Assembly (NCBI GenBank): GCA_951406725.2
Contig: OX597823.1
Span: 107,136,001 to 107,200,000, forward strand
Reading direction: 5' to 3'
Source of the DNA: Octopus vulgaris
Lineage: Eukaryota
DNA: 64,000 nt
In this document: positions 53,650-64,000 of the stretch, piece after piece
How the letters are laid out: every line of letters starts with the position of its first letter
Position numbering within the stretch: the stretch's first letter is position 1
Translations under genes and position numbers: made by a program
Notes under the pieces: generated by a model
What the model saw: the letters and a program-made list of their open reading frames with translations, nothing else
What the model was told of the DNA's origin: nothing
Database searches by the model: none

Positions 53650-54352
53650 GATGCTTATATATGTTTATAATAAACCTCAGTTGTTTTTATAGTCACCGTT
53701 TTCGCACCTGAATTCTTGACATTTAATTTGACGGTGCATCAGATTCTAACAGTTCTTCATCTCTATAGTCTATTTGCCCGGGTTCGCAATTTCTTTCCAT
53801 CCTGTTGTTGTTCGCATATTTGTGAAATTTCAGGATTTTTCTTTATAATCATCAGGAACTTTTCGTGTAACCATGGTCTTTAAGCCCATGCTTAGGTCGG
53901 ACCACTTCAGCTAATTCATCTTCTAGAATATTTTCTGAACCCATCATCTTTCTCCTCGCATTGTTGTAGTAATGGAATGATGCCAGCCGGCTAGCTACGC
54001 GGTTAGGCCTACGTTCCCCCAGAACAGAATGCCTACGTCGCAATGGCATGGAGTAGAGTAACGTGAAACGAAGAGTTTAGCTCAAGAAAACAATGTAGCA
54101 CCAGTCTTGGAACAGAAATCATGATCTTGCGATCGATACATTACATTATTTTTGTAATAAATATGAAGACCACAGTACTGGGATGTGGCATTTATATGTG
54201 AATTGCTGCTGAAGGTAGATTACGAGACTAAAGTTCTGATGAGGACTACTTGTCAAACGCTACTCTACAACCTGGCCTTTTACTGTAAGACAGAATGCCA
54301 TTTTTCACATTCTTTTTATCTTTATCCCCAAAAATTGCAAGACGATGATATA

Positions 54353-54502
54353 CCGTATTTCAATTGTATAAGGAACCCGTTTTTGTCAAAAATTAGGTTT
54401 AAAAAATATGGACGTAAATAGCATTGTAATCCCTTACAAAATCTTTTTTCCCAATTTTGAGCCCTCCAAATTAGGGGGTTCCTTATACACGTCAAAATAC
54501 GG
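54353..54502. mobile_element. 150-bp Tc2/pogo-type MITE with TA TSD
   Basis: TA|CCGTATTTCAATTGTATAAGGAACCC ... GGGTTCCTTATACACGTCAAAATACGG|TA, giving ~27-bp imperfect TIRs. Confidence 0.82.
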
Positions 54503-54911
54503 TACATTGTGATAATTTTGAATATATCATTTCTCCTACGTTAAACTTTGACTTTTCGCAACACTTAATAAGTTAAGCGTAGATTATTCCGTTATTCTGC
54601 CTCGACAATGAAATCAACGGAATGTTTTCATATGTGTAGGTAAGTATCATGTATCGTTTATTTTTTATTTGATTCAGTCATTGGACCGCAATAATGCTGG
54701 GGCACTGCCTTGAAAGGAATAGTCAACTAAATCACCTCCAGTACGTACTTTTGAAATCTTGTGCTTAATTCAATTGGCCTCTTTTGCTGAACTGTCACGG
54801 GAACTTAAACAAACCAACGCCGATGTTAGATAGTGTAGGGGGAAGACAGATACAAAAACTTATATGTAAATATATAGAAAAAATATATATGTATTTATAT
54901 AAATATATATG

Positions 54912-55144
54912 TTTCTTTACTACCCACAAGGGGCTAAACATAGAGGGGACAAACAAGGACAGACAAACGAATTTAAGTCGATTATATCGACCCCAGTGCG
55001 TAACTGGTACTTAATTTATCGACCCCGAAAGGATGAAAGGCAAAGTCGACCTACCGGCGGAATTTGAACTCGGAACGTAACGGTAGACGAAATACGGCTA
55101 CGCATTTCGCCCGGCGTGCTAACGGTTCCGCCAGCTCGTCGCCT
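54912..55144 (-). mobile_element. Family A SINE nested in the internal microsatellite of a family B SINE (54665-55350, -)
   Basis: A full family A copy, with the family B tail to the left and the family B head to the right. Confidence 0.85.
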
Positions 55145-55773
55145 ATTTATATAAATATATGTGTCTGTCTGTGTGCACGTGCGAACGTCCGTATGTATGA
55201 CGGGAATCCACACATTTTAGGTCTACCAAATTCACTGACTCACAACGTTTTGTTCAGCAAGAGGCTACAGCGGGAGACATTTGTCCAAGGAACTGGTAAA
55301 TGAATGAAGCTGATACTGCAAAGCGAACTTCTTAACTACACAATCATTGCTGCGCAGAGGTAATAGTTTCTTGCATTTATTCATACCTTAAAGATTGCCG
55401 CCATATTCAATTGCATCCACATGCATTGTTTACCTATTGAATATATACGTACATTTATGCATGACATCTAACGTACGTGTGTGAATGTGTGTATGTGTGT
55501 GTGTGTGTATACGTGTATGTGTGTCTGTCTGTCCAAGTGAATTTGGATATATAATCCAGGTATTTTCCCCCATAAGAGCACTTCTACGGATAATGATAAC
55601 AGCATGATGCAAGATTGGTTATAATGAAAATTGACGAATCAATTATAAACAGGTTAGTAAAAGAAGCATGCCAACTCCATTCTTCGATGTTGCCTATCAT
55701 ATATGTATATAGACATATAATGAGCATGTGTGTGCCTGTGCGCGCGCGCGTGTGTGTGCGAATGTGTGAGCGT

Positions 55774-55808
<35 letters not shown>

Positions 55809-56275
55809 CAGATGTGCTTTCATGCACATCGAAACAGAGTGTTTCGGATAAAAGTAGTTTATACATATAAGCTTCGTACGATATATTCGACATTCTTTCA
55901 TTCCGACTCATTTCATTTAAATAGGCACCATCACCATAGTTCAAATTATTTCTTTTTCTTTGTTACTCAGTGCTTCCATACACACACATACACACACACG
56001 CTTTATGTGTGTAGTTCGAGATATTCCCAAAAAGAATTGTGTGTGTGTGAGAGATAGAGAGAGAAAGTGTGTGTGTGAGCGAGAGTAAATGCCTCATTAT
56101 ATGATTGCAACGTATAGTGAGAATTGTGTGGATGCTTGTAACAGTATGTGTAAATGTGAAAAAATTCGTGTTGTTTGTCATCGTATTTGCAGTGAAGCAA
56201 TCCGACCAAATAAACATATCAACGAGTTATCTTTCCATTAACGCGTGAAGGAAAAACAATAAATAATATAAGAAA

Positions 56276-56340
<65 letters not shown>

Positions 56341-56777
56341 AGTGATAATAAAAATAATATTAGTAATAATAATAACAATAAACATCGGTTACAACGAAAG
56401 CTATGCACAATCGAATTTAAATCTAGAACGTATTTAAAATGTGTCAAAGCTACTTAAAATAGGGTTAGGGAGGGCTCGTTCGCCCATCATTTCATTTCTG
56501 AAGGGTCTGGAAAAAAAAGAAAAAAACAAAGAGAGGCGAGAATAAGTATATAAATAAATATGAATGCAATGATGGTGGAGTGATGATAGCAATCGTTGTT
56601 ATTGTGATGGGCGCTGGTAATAGAGAGTAGCTAAAGAGGAGGACTAGCTAGTGATGCTGGTGCTGGTGGTTTAAGGATAATACTGATATTGCTGATGGTT
56701 GGGGTAGTGGTATTGATGGGGTGGTGATGGTGTGGCACAGATGATGGTGGTTTATTATTATTATTATCATTATTATT

Positions 56778-57912
<1,135 letters not shown>

Positions 57913-59812
57913 GTATTCCTTCTTTCTACTAGTGTTTATAAAAAATAAACAAAAAATGAAAAACTAAAATCTCTTGAAATAATAATAGTTAAACCAGAAA
58001 GGAGATGGGGTAACATTAACAATGCAATTTCTAGCGTAGACACACCGTCACAAATTAGTTGGAAAGAGTACATAAGAATAAATAAATGAATTGTACTTGT
58101 TTTAATAAAGGCCAGATCCCCGGACATAACTGAGCTCGGGAATTGATGAATTTAACTAATTACTACAAAATATGTTCTACGTAGGCATAAGGGTTAGACG
58201 ATTTGACTTTAGAACTTGAATGGCACCTTTTTTTTTACACCGAAATAATAAAAAGCAAAGCTAATATTCGCAGGATTTGAACTCAGCATGTAAAGAGATT
58301 GAACAAATACCACAACGCTCTATTGTTAACATTAGTGTGATAGTGATCAACCGAGCTAAAATTGTTTTTTGTTTGTTAAAGACCGATGATTCTCAAGACA
58401 TGCAATGTGATACCATATTTAATAACAGTTAAGTACAAGGAAGTAAGTTTCTTCATATCCTCTTCTTCCAACATTCTTTACACCCTCCACCATTTACACT
58501 GTTACCTCAGCACTACTACTCTCCAATCGACTGTTCACAAATAAGCAGTTATAATCGAGCTTATCTTTTCTGTTAGAAAGGACACATTAAACAAACAGAA
58601 AGCTGATTTTTTACAATTTCTCCTAAATGGAATTTACTTTTTGTGAGCCTAAAACTATGTAAAATATCTTTCTATGTTCTGTTATCCTACGTATCGTATG
58701 TAAGAAGCAACCATGTAACATTAAAATTCACCACGTGACCTTTGTGATACAGTTGAATGCTTTAGTCAATATATTGTGCACGGCTCCCCAAACTTGCCAA
58801 ATTCCTGCTCCACTTTTCAATGCTTGTAATAATCAAATTACTCGTATTACATTTACTACTCTCACCCTCCATCCATCAGATATATTCAACCGAAATGTGT
58901 TCGTACTTCTTTTCATGAAATTCCAAAATACATCTGCAATGCCATTCCTGTAACTTGGTGCCAGTGGAGAACAAGTAATTCCTTGTAATGAGTTCGTGTG
59001 CCTCAAAAGGTACTGGCTGCATTCTCTCTTGTTAGCTTATGAAATTATCCGTTGTGAGATCGCTCCTTCTTCCTTACTGAACTCTGTAACTTTCCAATCG
59101 ACCTTCTAAAATTAAAATGACAGTTCATAGCTAATAGCCACATATTTTCAAAACGTCAATTCATATTAGACAGTTAGATCCAGAGTATGTTGTTATCCAG
59201 GGAATTCAAGGAAACAAATGATGTGTATATGAGCAAACAGAAATATCAAGAGTTCAAACAATGGGATGAATGTTAAGACGTAAGAAAGAGAGGTCTAACA
59301 CAATGGAAAAACTTATCTAATAAAGCGAAAGTAAATATCTACTGTATTTTAAATACCAAGAGATGAAGTGCCAATAGAGATTTCATCTCCCTTCGACCAA
59401 GATTTTTTCCAACACGTTGAACCCATTTTTACTCCATGATGTTAACTATACCCTTATGGATCAATATGAAGCTACGAACTTTTAGGCATCTAATTTTGGG
59501 ACCAAATCCTCGACAGAAAAATTTACAGAACGACATAGAGGTGCAAGGTTCTGGTAATATCAGATATTGCATGTGGCCAAAATATTAAATACCATCATTT
59601 GAAAACGCTCGCACTGTTGTGAAACACATTTAAGATAACTATGATTAGATTATTAGATACCGGGTGTAGAATATTCAACATTTTATTGGTCTTAAATTAA
59701 ATTGTTTAAACAGGCTACGCGTTAAATTGGATGATCTGACAATCCATCTACCAATAATTTTGCTGACAGGAGGCATTTTAAGGCGACACTGCAGCATGAT
59801 CTTTGCCATGAT

Positions 59813-62481
59813 GTCTAAATCAAACTAATGTATATTGCTTTATAGAGTACCAACACTGACGCCGAAATTGTTTCGCTTAATACAATGACTGCATAGTAAC
59901 GTGGTGCAAATATTTCACATAGCTTATCATTGGTTTTAAACAGTAGATTATACATGATATATCCATACTATGTAATTTAATTTGTAATATACTACAGCTA
60001 ACGATCCTATATAAATGTTATACAATATTATGTAGTGGCCTTATACTATATGCAATGCGCTGTATAATACATAATATATGGTTTATTGCTTGTCGTATAC
60101 AATAGGCAATGCATTATATTAATCCATACTATATTACTTAACATGTCATATACTCCATGCATATTTAGACATGTGTATTATTAAATGTGTCACGTGTTAA
60201 TGTAGCTTAGATTTATTATTGCACACACAGATATATCCTTTAGATCATTAGTTTATATCATTAATATAGACGAATGTGATTATTACAGTTCGCGTTTCTA
60301 ATATGGTTACATTAGTCATTACTTGACAGCTTACCTTTGTATTTAATATTATTAAGGCTTTTCTTTAACGATTAATTTAAACCACCCAGTAGCTAATTAA
60401 CTATCGCTCCTAACCAATTACCTTCGCTTCTTACATTCTCCTAATAAAACGAATGTATATAACTAATTTATCGATTTTCACGATTGGCACAATATTGTCA
60501 TTCCAAGCACATCTAGCACGGTATATTTATCGGGATCGAAATGAAGACATTGAGTTGAAACTCCTCTACATTTGAAATACGGCAAGGGAGTCACACTGTA
60601 ACACATCTAAGTTTTACTGGTAAAATCAGTTCAAATCGAGTTCATAATTAATATATTATTTTGAAGTATAATTCATAATTGATAACCTCACGGAGCAGTG
60701 AGGGATAGGCATTTGGTCACCATTATCTAGCCTCCCCCACTCTCCCTCATTCAGCGTGTGAGAGAAAGGATGTGTGAGTGTGATGCATTAACTATTCGAC
60801 AATTACGTTAATAAACTACATTTACGTAATCTAGAGTATGCATTATCATATACGAATAAATTCTCATATGAATGCAACGCCGTCAGTTCATACACACACA
60901 CAAACAGACACGCATATATATATGCATATACATATCACGTGATCACGTGACCGACCAGACCATCAGATGTTGTTACACATCGCTGGTCACAATGCGTTCG
61001 CATTGTTTTAGCCTTCGAATGACGCCACCCCGCTGGCTAAGCGAGCAGGCCAACAGAAGAAAGAGTGGGAGAAAGAGTGGTGAAAGAGTACAGCAGGGCA
61101 TGATCTTTGCCATGCATATACATATATACACACACATATATATATATATACTTATATAATATACATGTGTACATGTCTAAAGCCGGGGCTGAGTGGTCTA
61201 AATCAAACTAATGTATATTGCTTTATAGAGTACCAACACTGACGCCGAAATTGTTTCGCTTAATACAATGACTGCATAGTAACGTGGTGCAAATATTTCA
61301 CATAGCTTATCATTGGTTTTAAACAGTAGATTATACATGATATATCCATACTATGTAATTTAATTTGTAATATACTACAGCTAACGATCCTATATAAATG
61401 TTATACAATATTATGTAGTGGCCTTATACTATATGCAATGCGCTGTATAATACATAATATATGGTTTATTGCTTGTCGTATACAATAGGCAATGCATTAT
61501 ATTAATCCATACTATATTACTTAACATGTCATATACTCCATGCATATTTAGACATGTGTATTATTAAATGTGTCACGTGTTAATGTAGCTTAGATTTATT
61601 ATTGCACACACAGATATATCCTTTAGATCATTAGTTTATATCATTAATATAGACGAATGTGATTATTACAGTTCGCGTTTCTAATATGGTTACATTAGTC
61701 ATTACTTGACAGCTTACCTTTGTATTTAATATTATTAAGGCTTTTCTTTAACGATTAATTTAAACCACCCAGTAGCTAATTAACTATCGCTCCTAACCAA
61801 TTACCTTCGCTTCTTACATTCTCCTAATAAAACGAATGTATATAACTAATTTATCGATTTTCACGATTGGCACAATATTGTCATTCCAAGCACATCTAGC
61901 ACGGTATATTTATCGGGATCGAAATGAAGACATTGAGTTGAAACTCCTCTACATTTGAAATACGGCAAGGGAGTCACACTGTAACACATCTAAGTTTTAC
62001 TGGTAAAATCAGTTCAAATCGAGTTCATAATTAATATATTATTTTGAAGTATAATTCATAATTGATAACCTCACGGAGCAGTGAGGGATAGGCATTTGGT
62101 CACCATTATCTAGCCTCCCCCACTCTCCCTCATTCAGCGTGTGAGAGAAAGGATGTGTGAGTGTGATGCATTAACTATTCGACAATTACGTTAATAAACT
62201 ACATTTACGTAATCTAGAGTATGCATTATCATATACGAATAAATTCTCATATGAATGCAACGCCGTCAGTTCATACACACACACAAACAGACACGCATAT
62301 ATATATGCATATACATATCACGTGATCACGTGACCGACCAGACCATCAGATGTTGTTACACATCGCTGGTCACAATGCGTTCGCATTGTTTTAGCCTTCG
62401 AATGACGCCACCCCGCTGGCTAAGCGAGCAGGCCAACAGAAGAAAGAGTGGGAGAAAGAGTGGTGAAAGAGTACAGCAGGG
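59813..62481 (+). repeat. Tandem duplication of 1286 bp (59813-61098 and 61196-62481) with a 97-bp complex junction
   Basis: Both ends are offset by 1383 bp, and I saw no mismatch by eye. The ORFs at 60872 and 62255 are identical up to the breakpoint. Confidence 0.95.
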
Positions 62482-62624
62482 ATCACCACCAGCCCCTGCC
62501 GGAGCCTCGTGGAGCTTTTAGGTGTTTTCGCTCAATAAACACTCACAACGCCCGGTCTGGGAATCGAAACCGCGATCCTACGACCACGAGTCCGCTGCCC
62601 TAACCACTGGGCCATTGCGCCTCC
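62317..62624 (-). mobile_element. tRNA(Arg)-like SINE, family C, full length
   Basis: The minus strand reads GGAGGCGCAATGGCCCAGTGG (A box)...GGACTCGTGGTC (TCG anticodon-like)...GGTTTCGATTCC (B box), ending in an (ATCACGTG)2 tail. The probable TSD is gcatatacatat. A truncated duplicate lies at 60934-61098. Confidence 0.9.
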
Positions 62625-63127
62625 ACGCATATACATATATACACACACATATATATATATATACTTATATAATATACATGTGTACATACGCACACACACA
62701 CATACACATAGCCGAAGCCGGGGCTGAGTGGTAAGAAGTTTGCTTCCTAACCACATAGAGGCCCGGTTTCAGTCCCACTGCATGGCACCTATTCTTTCGG
62801 CAAAATATAATGAATGGTATATGTTCGCTAATAAGATTATCAGATTGTCGTCGGAAACTTTAACATATATATATATATATATATATATATGTTAATAAAA
62901 TATATGCATATATATAAACATATATGTACGTACCTACCTCTACATGTACATATACACGCATATATGTGTACAGGACACCAAAAGGACGTCGAACACATAG
63001 AGAGACGAAAAACATAGACACAAACGAAGGAACAAGACAAGCAAAAAAAGGAGATACAGGACAATAAGCACAACGAAAAATCCCCTTCTTCAGTCGCTAA
63101 AGTTTCATCTACTAAACGTTTCGAAGG

Positions 63128-63168
<41 letters not shown>

Positions 63169-63834
63169 GTGTGTGTGTGTGTGTGTGAGTTATTTAAAAG
63201 TTCCTTTAGCATTAGTATTAGCCGGCTAACAACCGACATGTGAAGCCATTTGAACTTCATAATTGCATATCTTGCACCCTTTCTTTCTAACCCTACCTCC
63301 TACCCCCTACTTCCAACTAGACATTATTCATCCATCTCCCTACAGCTGGCATTAAACCTCCCGGTTGTAGTCTTCTTTTGACTGCTACGGTTTTTAGGGA
63401 TTCTAGAGTAACTGCTCAGCAACGCTTCTGGACAGTAGTACCAGCCGCTGGGATCACAGCAGATAGTAAAACTTCTTATGTCTAAATACATAACTAGGAT
63501 TACCGTAGTACTGCACTATTTTAATGATAATGAATTTTCTTTCATATTTTGATAATTATATTTTTTCTAAAAGATACAAAGCTATATATTTATCAAAATA
63601 TATTCACAACAAAATGTAATGAAAATAAATACAACGTTGTAAAAAAAGAAAACCTTGATAGCGCATTTAAATGCTGAGAACAATTCTGAAGATATATACC
63701 TACACATATATATTCATACATTTGTGTATGTGTCTGTGTATCGATATACACATACATACGCCCTAGGGTGCATCGTCAGTGATGTATCTTTGATCTCTGA
63801 GAGTTTCAGTTTTTGAAACATGAGACTCCACCGC

Positions 63835-63891
<57 letters not shown>

Positions 63892-64000
63892 CACTATGGG
63901 CTCCGTGTGAGCAGTCATCTAAAAGTTTTTTGTGCATCTTGATGTTGACATAAGTTCCTTGCTTTTCCTGATGAGAAAGCGCATAATATACTCCTTATTC

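Noticed and set aside
62550-62624. tRNA gene
   Set aside because: It is the tRNA-derived head of a SINE, with no acceptor stem and a repeat body following. The same applies to the other SINE heads.

Overview
AT-rich eukaryotic DNA saturated with microsatellites ((TA)n, (TG)n, (CATA)n, (GATA)n, (TAA)n, (GTA)n, (GAA)n). The repeat families look like those of an octopus/coleoid cephalopod (inference from SINE sequences). I cannot support any host protein-coding exon, tRNA/rRNA gene or CRISPR array. Almost all ORFs in the track are microsatellite translations. The window is an intergenic or intronic transposon landscape: at least three tRNA-derived SINE families, 5'-truncated LINEs (CR1-group RT, Tx1/L1, Dong/R4, RTE), mariner remnants, Tc2/pogo-type and hAT-type MITEs, and a probable Helitron end. 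Three observations stand out. (1) A 2.09-kb element bounded by a 15-bp target-site duplication encodes only a decayed gag/ORF1-like zinc-knuckle protein, has a 3' UTR array of covarying GTAA+hairpin units, and sits inside a SINE head. (2) About eight minimal hammerhead-ribozyme-like motifs lie in short fold-back or direct-repeat elements embedded in (TA)n/(TAA)n, resembling Penelope pLTRs or retrozymes. (3) A 1286-bp tandem duplication has a 97-bp junction that is a patchwork of four locally templated pieces. All alignments and structures were read by eye, so coordinates of degenerate elements are approximate.
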